Source: an uncultured Armatimonadetes bacterium
GTDB taxonomy: Bacteria; Armatimonadota; Hebobacteria; Hebobacterales; Hebobacteraceae
Direction of reading: 5' to 3'
NCBI GenBank assembly: GCA_963716175.1
Contig: OY970296.1
Location: 1,504,001 to 1,568,000, forward strand
Length of the DNA: 64,000 nt
Made by a program: the position numbers and the translations under genes. Position 1 is the stretch's first letter; each line of letters opens with the position of its first letter. This document shows, in pieces, positions 19,623 through 29,052 of this stretch. A model generated the notes under the pieces. It was not told the origin of the DNA. It was given only the letters and a program-made list of their open reading frames with translations, and did no database searches.

Positions 19623-21776
19623 GTGCTCGACATCGTCATCTACACCGAGGGCCTGCCTTTCGATGGGGCGACGCCGTTCGAGCGGTCGCTGGGTGGGTCG
19701 GAGAGCGCGGTGGTGTTCATGAGCCGCGAGCTGGCGCGGCGGGGGCACCAGGTGCGCGTGTTCTGCCGGTGTGAGCGGCCCGGCGAGTACGATGGGGTGA
19801 GTTACCGCGACCTCGCGGACTTCCCCGAGTTCGTCGAGTCTGGCTCATGCGATGTGTTCATCTGCTGCCGGCATCTGCGGGGGCTGACCGCGCCGGTCAG
19901 GTCGAGGATCAATATCGTCTGGAACCACGACCTGATGGTGAAGCCGGCCGCGCAGTACCTGATGTCGCTGATGTTCAAGGTGGACCGGCTGTTCGTGCTC
20001 TCCGAGTTCCACAAGGCGCAGTTCATGCGGCACCTGGGGGTGCGCGAGGATCGGTATGTAGTGACGCGCAACGGGGTGGACCTGACGGTGGTGGATGAAG
20101 CTATCGCCGGGGTGGAGCGCGAGGCCGACCGGCTGCTCTACACCAGCCGCCCCGAGCGGGGCCTGGACGTGCTGCTGGAGCTGTGGCCCGATCTGAAGCG
20201 CCGGCGGCCGGCGCTCAAGCTGGCAGTCGCGCACTACGACAACCCGGGCGCGGATGCGCAGATGCGCGACTACCTGGAGACGCTGCGGCAGGTGGCGCGG
20301 CAGCTCCCCGATGTCGAGCTGCTGGGGGCGCTGAGCAAGCGCGAGCTCTACCGAGAGATCGCCCGCTCCGCCCTGGTGGTCTACCCGGCCGCCTTCCCCG
20401 AGGTGAGCTGCATCAGCGCGCTGGAGGCGGCGGCCTGCGGGACGCCGATGGTGGCATCGCGATACTGCGCGCTCAAGGAAAGCGTCGCCGATGGAGCGAC
20501 CGGGGTGCTGGTGCCCGGGGATCCGCGGAGCGCGGAATACGCGGAGGCCTTCGCCGCGGCGGTGACGGACTTGCTGGCCGACGAGGCGCGGTATCAAGCC
20601 ATGAACGCGGCGGCGCGGCGAAGGATCGAGGAGCGGTATCAGTGGAGGCAGATCGCGGAGGAGTGGGAGGGCATCTTCGAGGAGCTCCTGGGCGAGGAGG
20701 CGGCGGGCATGCCGAGACATGCCCGCCCTACAGAACGGATCGCAAACCCCGTTGGGCAGGAGCTTGCTCCTGCCACTCCGCGTCAGACTGTTTCCGTCTG
20801 CATGATCGTGAAGAACGCGCAGGGCACGCTCTACCGCTGCCTGGAGAGCGTGAAGCCAATCGCGGATGAGATCATCATCTGCGACACGGGTTCCACCGAT
20901 CACACCGGCGAGATCTCCCGTGAGTACACGGACCAGGTACATCAGATCCCCTGGGAAGACGACTTCGCCGCCGCGCGGAACCGGAGCATCGAGCAGGCGA
21001 GCGGGGATTGGATCCTGTGGTTGGATGCCGACGAGTACCTGCTCGGGGCCGAGCACCTGGGCAAGTACCTGCGGCCCAATATGTACAACGGCTATGTGAT
21101 CCGCCAGCATCACCACGCGGTGGATGCGCAGTTCAAGCCGGATGTGCCGGTGCGGCTGTTCCGGAATGGGCTGGGGGTGCGGTTCTTCGGCTGCGTGCAC
21201 GAGCACCCGGAGACCGAGCTGAACCTGGGCGTGGCGCCGGCGGTGATCCTGAGCGATGTGCAGATCGTGCACGACGGCTATGTGACGGAGGCGATCCGCA
21301 GACAGCGTTTCCTGCGCAACCTGCCGCTGCTGCTCAAGGATCGCGAGCGCCATCCCAATCGCCGGTTGGGATTGGTGTTCCTGGCGCGAGACTACATCCA
21401 CCTGGCGCGGTACGAGCTGGAGCGGACGCGCGGTCAGATGACGGAGAAGGCGCGAGGCTACCTGCAGCATGCCGTCGCCATTCACCGTCAGCGCTTCTCC
21501 TCTCCCGATGACCTGCTGTACTCGTACAGCTTCCCGCTCTACCAGTCGGCGCTGGAGCTGCTGGGGGAGGGGTTTGAGCTGCGGTACTTCCTCGACCTGG
21601 CCGCAGGCAACGAACGGCGGGTGGCAGGGGCAAGCCCCTGCCCAACGGAGCAGACGCGCCGGCGGTTCCTGGATGAGGCGGAGGCGCGGGAGTTCCTGGA
21701 GCGGCACCTCGGGGAGCTGCTCAAGGAGGCGGGGGGTGAGGAGGAGTTTCCGTTTGAGGAGGCGCGGTCGAGCTAG
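19623..21776 (+). CDS. Two-domain glycosyltransferase (GT4 + GT2)
   Basis: GGSESA, YTSRPERGL, EVSCISALEA (GT4); SVCMIVKN, DTGSTD, WEDDFAAARN, LDADE (GT2); GTG start with AGGAG RBS. Confidence 0.85.
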   Translation: MLDIVIYTEGLPFDGATPFERSLGGSESAVVFMSRELARRGHQVRVFCRCERPGEYDGVSYRDLADFPEFVESGSCDVFICCRHLRGLTAPVRSRINIVWNHDLMVKPAAQYLMSLMFKVDRLFVLSEFHKAQFMRHLGVREDRYVVTRNGVDLTVVDEAIAGVEREADRLLYTSRPERGLDVLLELWPDLKRRRPALKLAVAHYDNPGADAQMRDYLETLRQVARQLPDVELLGALSKRELYREIARSALVVYPAAFPEVSCISALEAAACGTPMVASRYCALKESVADGATGVLVPGDPRSAEYAEAFAAAVTDLLADEARYQAMNAAARRRIEERYQWRQIAEEWEGIFEELLGEEAAGMPRHARPTERIANPVGQELAPATPRQTVSVCMIVKNAQGTLYRCLESVKPIADEIIICDTGSTDHTGEISREYTDQVHQIPWEDDFAAARNRSIEQASGDWILWLDADEYLLGAEHLGKYLRPNMYNGYVIRQHHHAVDAQFKPDVPVRLFRNGLGVRFFGCVHEHPETELNLGVAPAVILSDVQIVHDGYVTEAIRRQRFLRNLPLLLKDRERHPNRRLGLVFLARDYIHLARYELERTRGQMTEKARGYLQHAVAIHRQRFSSPDDLLYSYSFPLYQSALELLGEGFELRYFLDLAAGNERRVAGASPCPTEQTRRRFLDEAEAREFLERHLGELLKEAGGEEEFPFEEARSS

Positions 21777-21806
21777 GCGGCGGGCATAGATATGCCCGCC
21801 CTACAG
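21777..21806. repeat. REP family A (GGCGGGCAT-n-ATGCCCGCCCTACA; GTAG-ended)
   Basis: Copies at about 18505, 20701, 21777, 22611, 25151, 47103, 49581 and 52185. Confidence 0.85.
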
Positions 21807-21823
21807 CGGCTTGGGAGATAGCA

Positions 21824-22516
21824 ATGCCATATTGCACACCGGATGACGTCCGCCTGCGGGCGGTGGGGATGACCGAGGAGGTGATCCCCGATGTTTCTTC
21901 CAGCAGCTTGAACCTGACCACCTGCATCGCCGAGGCGGAGGCGGAGGTGGAGGAGGCGGGCCGGGCGGGCGACTACGAGGTGCCCTTCGATCCGGCGCCG
22001 GATCGCATCCGGGATCTGACCGCGGCCGGAGCGCTGGCGCGGGCGCGCCGCGGCCTTCAGCTCGGGAACCAAGCGGCGGAAGAGCCCGACCCCTATTGGC
22101 AGGAGTTCGAGGCGGGATTGGGGCTGCTGCGGGAGGGGCAGCTCGACCTGGGGACAGTGGTGGTGAGCGGTGAGGCGGTGGTGATGCCAGCTGAGGAAGG
22201 TGAGTGGGCGCAGCTCAGCCACCGAGGCCTGCTCACCGCAAGTGTCACGGTCACCAATGAGTCGGGCGACTTCACCTATGTCGAGGACCGGAGCGAGTAC
22301 GAGCCGGGCTACCGGCCCGATGCGGTGAAGGACTATCAGGTGGATCATCGCGAGGGGCGGCTGCTGCGGTTGCTGGGAGGACGGATCGGCGCTAGCCAGG
22401 CGGTCAAGGCGAGCTACGAGTACTATCGCCGGCAGCCGAAGCGGGCCGAGGATGCCGAGTATGAAGGCCGGACGGCGAGCGCGGACCGGGTGGTGAGGCG
22501 GGATCAACAGGAGTAA
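21824..22516 (+). CDS. Phage head-tail adaptor (Mu gp36/DUF1320-like) with extra C-terminal domain
   Basis: MPYCTPDDV...IAEAEAEV...YEVPFDPAP...LLREGQLDL; C-terminal DYQVDHREGRLLRL..GRI. Confidence 0.6.
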   Translation: MPYCTPDDVRLRAVGMTEEVIPDVSSSSLNLTTCIAEAEAEVEEAGRAGDYEVPFDPAPDRIRDLTAAGALARARRGLQLGNQAAEEPDPYWQEFEAGLGLLREGQLDLGTVVVSGEAVVMPAEEGEWAQLSHRGLLTASVTVTNESGDFTYVEDRSEYEPGYRPDAVKDYQVDHREGRLLRLLGGRIGASQAVKASYEYYRRQPKRAEDAEYEGRTASADRVVRRDQQE

Positions 22517-22650
22517 TGTGGCAAGGGCTTGCCCAACGAGTTTATCGGGAGCCCGAAGAGGGGGTCGCCCCGTGGACTGGTTGCGAACCTGCCCTAACCA
22601 AGTGACGGCCGGCGGGCATAGGCATGCCCGCCCTACAAGCGAGGTGGCTC

Positions 22651-23103
22651 ATGGCGCATCCGGAGTCAACGCGATTTGTTCCAATCCGGGAGGCGGTGTG
22701 TGAGGTGCTGGCCGCGGCGCCGGCGCTGGAGGAGGTGAAGGCGGTGGTGCGCGACCGGGAGGCCTGGGCGCGGCTGCCGGCGACGCAGTACCCGGCGATC
22801 GGGGTGTTCTTCGCCGATCCGGTCGGGGTGGAGCGAGCGCGGTGGGTGAGCAATCGGCGGGATCACAGCTACCAGCTCGAGGTGCAAGTGGCCGTGCGGT
22901 CGCTGGAGAGCGCGCAGGCGAGCGAGGATCTGCTGTTCGGCTACCTGGAGGCGGTTGAGGATGCCTTGCGCGTGGCGCCGACGCTGGGGGGATTGGTGCG
23001 GTTCATGGGAGTCGGCCTGGTGCGGCGCGCCCGCGCCAGAGTGGAGTCGTACTGGCATTCGCAGGCGGCGCTGCTGGTGACGTGCGAGCAGCGAACGGGA
23101 TAG
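22651..23103 (+). CDS. Putative tail terminator protein
   Basis: ~150 aa, YPAIGV...EAVEDALR..PTLGG, directly before the tube gene. Confidence 0.55.
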   Translation: MAHPESTRFVPIREAVCEVLAAAPALEEVKAVVRDREAWARLPATQYPAIGVFFADPVGVERARWVSNRRDHSYQLEVQVAVRSLESAQASEDLLFGYLEAVEDALRVAPTLGGLVRFMGVGLVRRARARVESYWHSQAALLVTCEQRTG

Positions 23104-23141
23104 GGGCGGGATGAATCCCGCCCCTACGCGAGGAGGTCATC

Positions 23142-24107
23142 ATGTCTGGCCGCATGGGGCAACTGGGGGCAGTGGGGATGGCGCTGGAGTCTACCTGGGG
23201 TTTGCCCGCGAGCGCGACGACTTATCTGGAGGTGACGCACGCTGATATCAGGCCTGTGATCGGATACGAGATCCCCAACGCGGTGCGCGGCACCCGCGCC
23301 CGTCGGCGCATTCAGGGAGGGCCGATGCTGTGCTCCGGGCCGCTCACCTTCGATGTCTGCGCGGGCGCCATGGGGGAGGTGCTGAAGGCTGCGTTCGGGA
23401 CGGTCACGACTACCCTGGTGGCCTCCAGCGGCGCGGGCGCGGTCTATCAGCATACCTTCACCCGCTGCGACACCACCTTCCTGCCCTCGCTCACTGTGGA
23501 GCAGAATCTGGGCGGCTTGACCAGCCGGAGGGTGGCCGGAACGCGGGTGAACCAGCTCACGCTCTCGCTCGCCCCGGGGCGCACTCTGATGGCGGATGTT
23601 GACTGCCGGGGCCGGGAAGAGGCCCTGGTGACTCCCACCAGCGCGAGTTACACCGCAGATCAGCCGCTGCACTACAACGGCTTCACCGCCAGCATTGACG
23701 GCCAGCCGAGCCTGGAGATCGAGGAGTTCCTGGTGCGGGTCAACAACGGGCTGGTGGACGGGATCTGGAGCGCGGGAGCGGCCGGGAAGCTGAGCAAGCT
23801 GCCCGCGGGCGCTTTCGCGGTCGGTGGCAGGTTCTCCCTCGCGTTCGAGTCCACGGCCGCGCACCAGGCCTTCACCGCGGGCACGCCCACCGGGCTGCGC
23901 TTCAAGCTTGCCGGGGCCACGGTGGTTGGCACCTGGGGCTACGGCCTGGAGATCGAGCTGCCGCAGGTGCGCTACTTCTCGGCGGACGCGCCGCTGGCGC
24001 CGGGGCGATTGGTGTACGACATCGCGTTCGAGGCCTTGCTGGATAGCAGCCAGCAGCCGCCGCTGGACGCGCGGTGCTGGCTCTGGAATACGAAGTCGGG
24101 GTATTGA
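23142..24107 (+). CDS. Phage tail tube (major tail) protein
   Basis: GMALESTWG, YQHTFT, PSLTVEQ, LEIELP; beta-rich tube pattern, strong GAGGAGG RBS. Confidence 0.75.
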   Translation: MSGRMGQLGAVGMALESTWGLPASATTYLEVTHADIRPVIGYEIPNAVRGTRARRRIQGGPMLCSGPLTFDVCAGAMGEVLKAAFGTVTTTLVASSGAGAVYQHTFTRCDTTFLPSLTVEQNLGGLTSRRVAGTRVNQLTLSLAPGRTLMADVDCRGREEALVTPTSASYTADQPLHYNGFTASIDGQPSLEIEEFLVRVNNGLVDGIWSAGAAGKLSKLPAGAFAVGGRFSLAFESTAAHQAFTAGTPTGLRFKLAGATVVGTWGYGLEIELPQVRYFSADAPLAPGRLVYDIAFEALLDSSQQPPLDARCWLWNTKSGY

Positions 24108-24215
24108 GTGGAGCGGCGGGCATGCGTTCTCTGCCTGAGGTGGATAACGGGGCAGGAGCAAGCTCCTGCCGAACAGGTCTTGCGATATGCTCTAGCGGCC
24201 GATGAGGGGTAAGCG

Positions 24216-24917
24216 ATGGATAGCGAACGAGTTGACTTGAGCCAACTGGGGATCTGGGGCACGGCGTTGCGGGTAGAGCTGGGCCGTCGCCATGAAGAGG
24301 TGTGGGTGCAGACGCTGGGGGACCGGACGGAGGCGCTGGAGCGGGGGCACGAGGCGATGCAGCAGAAGCTGCTGGAGTTCCGGCCCGGGGGCGAGCGGCT
24401 GGAGGCCTTGACCCAAGCGCTGATGATCGCCCCGGCGGCGGACCTGGTGGAGCTGGTGCTGGAAGGGGAGCGCTCCCAGATGGCGGCGCGGCTGGCCCGC
24501 GAGCTGCCGGACCCGGTGAGGCCGCGGCAAGATCGCGCGGCTGTCGAGAGCAATGAGGATTTCGTGCGGCGGGTGCAGGAGCATCAGCAGCGGTGCCGAG
24601 AGCTGGCCGAGCAGAGGGCGCAGCGACTGGCCGAGGTGATCGAGGCGCGGCGGGCCGAGCTGGCAGCGATGGAGCGGAAGGAGCTGGTGGAGCTGGCGCG
24701 GCCCCGCCGGGTGGATGTGGAGTGCTGGAATGCCTTCGCCCGCGCCTGCGATGATTGGGTGCTGCTGCGGGCAGTGCGGCGCAGCGAGGACCACGATCAG
24801 AGCTACTTCGACAGTGTGGCCCAGGTGCAGGCCCTTCATCCCGCGGTGAAGGAGCAACTGCGGCAGGCCTACCGGGAGCTGGAGCCGCCGCAGGGGGAGG
24901 CGCTCCCAAAAGTCTGA
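24216..24917 (+). CDS. Tail assembly chaperone (gpG-like)
   Basis: Lies between tube and tape measure; ends at a slippery heptamer. Confidence 0.6.
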   Translation: MDSERVDLSQLGIWGTALRVELGRRHEEVWVQTLGDRTEALERGHEAMQQKLLEFRPGGERLEALTQALMIAPAADLVELVLEGERSQMAARLARELPDPVRPRQDRAAVESNEDFVRRVQEHQQRCRELAEQRAQRLAEVIEARRAELAAMERKELVELARPRRVDVECWNAFARACDDWVLLRAVRRSEDHDQSYFDSVAQVQALHPAVKEQLRQAYRELEPPQGEALPKV

Positions 24918-25057
24918 GCGGCCATCCCGGGTTCCGACTGAACGAGTTGATCTGCCGGCGCTATCCTGGCGCCTATCGGCATCCGCTTGACCCCGCGCTG
25001 CTGGAGCTGCCGTGGTGGCTGAAGGAAGCGATCGCCTTGCTGGCAGCGGAGGGGTGA
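24905..25057 (+). CDS. -1 frameshift extension (gpGT-like) of the tail chaperone
   Basis: C CCA AAA heptamer at 24905-24911, just before the stop; the -1 frame stays open 50 codons (PKSLSGHPGFRL...LELPWWLKEAIALLAAEG). Confidence 0.65.
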   Translation, partial: PKSLSGHPGFRLNELICRRYPGAYRHPLDPALLELPWWLKEAIALLAAEG

Positions 25058-25190
25058 AGCGGGGCTATCCGCAGATGGCTAGGCAGGCCTCGCCTGCCGC
25101 CATGGCGGCCGCCTCCTGGCGGCTTAGCCATTACGCAGATTAGCCGGATTCGGCGGGCATGGGCATGCCCGCCCTACAGGAGCGGCACGA

Positions 25191-25970
25191 ATGGCCGGGT
25201 CGGACGATGAGATGACGGCGATGCAGCCGCTGATCGGATACGGTTCCCTGGGGGAGGCGGCGGATACCATGCTGGCCGCCTCCCGCACGATGCTGGCGGC
25301 GGCCTCTGCCATCTCCTCCGGCGTCGGGGGCGGTGACGCGCGGGCGAGGGAGCTGACTGCGGAGGCGATCGAGTCAGGCTTCCTGCGCGCGCTGCGGCGG
25401 GAGAGCCTGCTGGCCGGCACGGGGACAACGGCCGCGCCCACCGCGGGGGTTGGGCTGCCGGCCGGGGGGGGCGTGGCCGGCACCGGCTATGGCCGCATGG
25501 GGGCCAGCATCACGGGCCAGGGCGCGCGCTCTCAGCTCTACGGGAGCATCGGCGGGGCGATCGGGTACGCGGTGGGAGGGCCGGTGGGCGCCTTGCTGGG
25601 CGGGATGCTGGGAGGTCTGATCGGGGACCAGGGTGAGGGTGAGGCGGCGCAGGCGCGGCAGGAGGCAGAGCTGCGCCGGCAGTGGCTCAACACTCCCGAG
25701 GGCTTCGAGATCCAGGCCTACCTCTACAGTCTGAGCCAGGGGCTTTATGGGGGCAGCGCGCTGGCCTGGCTGATGGCGCAGAGACAGGAAGCGCCGGCGG
25801 GGAGCGCTGGGCGCTTCGCACCGGTGATCGTGAACTTCCCGCCGGGCGCGGTGCAGATCGTGGGCCAGGATGCGGAGGCGGGGGCGCGGGCCGCGCGCGC
25901 TTTCGCAGGTGAGCTGGGGCGAGTGCTGCGGCTGAACAGCGTGGTAGTGCCTGCGGCCGGCGAAATCTGA
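25191..25970 (+). CDS. Very short tape-measure-like protein
   Basis: Ala/Gly-rich, with glycine zipper GGAIGYAVGGPVGALLGGMLGGLIG and C-terminal VIVNF..GAVQI; synteny. Confidence 0.55.
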   Translation: MAGSDDEMTAMQPLIGYGSLGEAADTMLAASRTMLAAASAISSGVGGGDARARELTAEAIESGFLRALRRESLLAGTGTTAAPTAGVGLPAGGGVAGTGYGRMGASITGQGARSQLYGSIGGAIGYAVGGPVGALLGGMLGGLIGDQGEGEAAQARQEAELRRQWLNTPEGFEIQAYLYSLSQGLYGGSALAWLMAQRQEAPAGSAGRFAPVIVNFPPGAVQIVGQDAEAGARAARAFAGELGRVLRLNSVVVPAAGEI

Positions 25971-26029
25971 GCCGAGAGGCAGCGTGTTTTCGAGAGCCCT
26001 GGGTTGGCCGAATGCCGCGCTGCTGCCCT

Positions 26030-26140
26030 GCTGAGCCCTTCGGCTCTGCTCAGGGTAAACTCCGCGAAGCATCACGCCGTGAGCAGGACCGGAACGGCGG
26101 GATTCTTCCCCTTCGGTGCGCTCAGGGTCAGAATGACATC
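26030..26140. repeat. Repeat family E (CCCTTCGGCTnnGCTCAGG..GACA)
   Basis: Copies at about 26030-26140, 55322 and 61335. Confidence 0.65.
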
Positions 26141-26209
26141 AGTGGCCGCCGCAGTCCTGGCGGTCACACCCTCCTCTTTCGCCGCGCGCTAATGGAGAGA
26201 CGATAACCG

Positions 26210-28960
26210 ATGGCCACTTCTCCCATGCGAGGGACGCATTTCCAATGGTTCCAGGATGATGCGCCGCCGGCGAGCAACTCGCCGCTGCGCGGGGAAGACA
26301 GCAATCTCCCGGCGGTGGACCCGGGTGCTCATTGCCTGCTCCGCGTGCAGTCCCAGCACACCGGCGACCACTGCTTCTCCGTGTCCCGGCAGCTCCAGTA
26401 CCGGCGGGTCGGCAGCAACCAATGGTGGCCGGTGGGCGCCTTCACGGTGCCGCCATACGATGCGCCTATCTTCCATCCCAGCACCTGGTTCACCGATGGG
26501 GCGAGCATCGCCACCCAGCGCCTCTCGCTACCCACGGGCGCGAACAGCGGCAACTTCGCCGGTGGGCAGGCGAAGCAGAGCGATGTGGAGACCGATCCCC
26601 AGGTCTACGACGCGCAGGATTTCACGGAGGAGCTCTGGTCGCTGGCAGTCCACCAGCAGGCGCCGCCGGGGCTGGACCTGGAGTTCCGGGTCACCAGGTC
26701 CGGCCAGCCCTATGAGCGCTACCAGCGCTATCCGCGACTCACGGTGGAGGGCTATCAGCCCAGCGAGATGGATGTGAAGGCGAATCAGCTCTTCGCCGAC
26801 AGCGTGCCGCTGGCGGAACTCGAATATCGCCGCGACAACACCTGGTGGGACCTGTCCGACCGGCTGCTCTTTCCCTTCACCATCACTCGCCGCCTGCGGG
26901 CGGTGACCACGGCAGATCTCACCCTGGACAATGCGGACGGGATGCTGGCCCGCGATAACCTGGTGAGCAGTTGGAACTACGATGTGAGCAGCCATTGTGA
27001 TCCCCTGCTGGACGAAGGCCGGGTGATCCGGCTGCGGCAAGGGGTGGAGCTGCATCCTAACCTCGCCTATGGGCTGAGCTATGCCTGCAGCCCCGCGCCC
27101 ACCAGACCCAGCTCCCTGCGGGGGACCGAGCTGACAGATGGCGGCTTCGGCCAGCCTGGCAATGAGCACGATGACGCCTGGGTGGGTTGGCAAGGCGCGG
27201 CGGCGACGGTGACCTTCAGCCTGGCCCCGGCGCGGGACGTCCATTCGGTGGCGGTGAGCCTGCTGAGCCGGGCGGCGGCCGGGGTGCTGCTGCCGAGTTC
27301 GGCCTCGGTGACGCTGATCGGGAGCGCAGGCAGCTACACCGCGCCGCTGGAACTGGGGCATCTGCGAGACGATCCCGCGGGCCGGCGTCACTATCTGCAC
27401 GGCCTCGATCTACACCAGCGGGCGGTGTGCCGGGTGGTGTTGAGCTTCTGCCCGCAGTCGCCGCAGGCCTGGGTGTGCCTGGATGAGGTTGCCCTCTACG
27501 ACGCCTCCACCACCGTGGATTGGCTGAAGACCACTTTCACCGGCATCCTGGGCGACGAGATCACGCAGCAGGCGACGGATGGCTCATCGGTGGAGCTGGC
27601 CCAGGTCCGTGATATGAGCAAGCTGCTGGCCGATCTGTTCATCGAGGTGTTCGACCACTACGAGGAGCAGTCGGTCGAGGCGATCGTGGCGGACCTGCTG
27701 GCCAACCCCGAGTACGAGGCGGCGTTGGCGAGCGAAGACCTGGCGCTGGACACTACCGGTTTCGTGCTGCCGAAGTGGACGGAGCAGAACGTCAACTTGC
27801 TGGACGCCTGCGCGGAACTGGCGAAGATGATCGGCTGGACCTTCGAGGCGGATGAGGATGGTGTCTACACCTTCCACGACCTGGAGTGGACGGTCCAGAC
27901 CGGAGAAGAGACCTACCTGGCGGGCCGCGATCTGCTGGGCTGGGCGCCGTCGGTCTCCGGCCTCAACCTGCGCAACCGCATCAGCGTGAAGAGTCGGGAC
28001 GCGCGCAACCACGACATCTCCGTCACCGTGGCGGACGAGGAGAGCATTGCCCGCTATGGGCCGCGGTTGTTCACGGTGTTCGAGCCTACGATGCGGACGG
28101 CGCGGCTGGCGCGGCAGTTGGCGAACGCCATCCGGCGCGACTATAGCTGGGTGCAGCCCATGGGCTCCGGGGTGGTGATCGGCGATGTGTTCATGCGGCC
28201 GGGGCGGGTGGTGAGCGTGGTGCACAGCGGCTCCACCCATTCCGGGCCGGAGCGGCTCTACCGGGTGGAGGCGGTGACGCACCGCCAGACCGGACACCGG
28301 CACGGGGCTCACACTATGACCCTGGAGCTGCGCGGCTATCGTCACCGCCTCCCTACCGCACCGGACAGCCTGGTGGCCCACCCCATGGACAGCGCAGTCT
28401 CGCTGGACTGGGCCCCGCAACCGGAGGAACCGGCCATTGCCGGCTATCGCGTGTTCCAGGCCGCGACGGTGACCGGGACTTACACCCAGGCGGCGAGTGT
28501 GGCCGCGCCGCCGGCCTGGGTGGGCAGCCTGACCAACGCGCAGACTTACTGGTTCAAGGCCGCTGGCTACACCACCGGGGAGGTGCTGGGTGAGTTCGCG
28601 GGCCCGGTCCCGTGCGCGCCCCAGAGCGGGGGGCTGCCCACACAGGCGGAGGCGGCCTGGCAGCCGCAGAGCTTAACCGCGGAACTGGCGCCGATCTGGG
28701 GGATCGCCCGGCCTCTGCTCACCTGGTATCCGCGGATCCCGGCGCCCGAGGACACCTGCTACCACATCTACCGCTCACAAGTGAGCACCGGCCCCTTCGC
28801 CCTCGTCGCCACACGAACGCAGCCCGGATCGCAGCCGGTGACGTGGGTTGACTACGTGGGGCCATACCTGTCGGGCCATGTCTACTATGAGGTCACGTTC
28901 TATGCGCCCGGCAGCGATTTCGAGAGCTGGCCCAGCTCGATGGCGAGCGTGAGCCTGTAG
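26210..28960 (+). CDS. Large tail tip/baseplate hub protein with carbohydrate-binding-like insert and FN3 domains
   Basis: ADLTLDNADG; DEESIARYGPR hub motif; ELTDG..WVGW insert; two C-terminal FN3-like repeats (VSLDW..GYRVF; LTW..YHIYRS). Confidence 0.65.
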   Translation: MATSPMRGTHFQWFQDDAPPASNSPLRGEDSNLPAVDPGAHCLLRVQSQHTGDHCFSVSRQLQYRRVGSNQWWPVGAFTVPPYDAPIFHPSTWFTDGASIATQRLSLPTGANSGNFAGGQAKQSDVETDPQVYDAQDFTEELWSLAVHQQAPPGLDLEFRVTRSGQPYERYQRYPRLTVEGYQPSEMDVKANQLFADSVPLAELEYRRDNTWWDLSDRLLFPFTITRRLRAVTTADLTLDNADGMLARDNLVSSWNYDVSSHCDPLLDEGRVIRLRQGVELHPNLAYGLSYACSPAPTRPSSLRGTELTDGGFGQPGNEHDDAWVGWQGAAATVTFSLAPARDVHSVAVSLLSRAAAGVLLPSSASVTLIGSAGSYTAPLELGHLRDDPAGRRHYLHGLDLHQRAVCRVVLSFCPQSPQAWVCLDEVALYDASTTVDWLKTTFTGILGDEITQQATDGSSVELAQVRDMSKLLADLFIEVFDHYEEQSVEAIVADLLANPEYEAALASEDLALDTTGFVLPKWTEQNVNLLDACAELAKMIGWTFEADEDGVYTFHDLEWTVQTGEETYLAGRDLLGWAPSVSGLNLRNRISVKSRDARNHDISVTVADEESIARYGPRLFTVFEPTMRTARLARQLANAIRRDYSWVQPMGSGVVIGDVFMRPGRVVSVVHSGSTHSGPERLYRVEAVTHRQTGHRHGAHTMTLELRGYRHRLPTAPDSLVAHPMDSAVSLDWAPQPEEPAIAGYRVFQAATVTGTYTQAASVAAPPAWVGSLTNAQTYWFKAAGYTTGEVLGEFAGPVPCAPQSGGLPTQAEAAWQPQSLTAELAPIWGIARPLLTWYPRIPAPEDTCYHIYRSQVSTGPFALVATRTQPGSQPVTWVDYVGPYLSGHVYYEVTFYAPGSDFESWPSSMASVSL

Positions 28961-29052
28961 GGGAACGGCCTGTCCGCAGATTGCGCAGATGGATGCAGAA
29001 CGGCAGGGCGCCTGCGGCGCCCTGCCCTATCGCGCTTGGGAACGGGACAATC

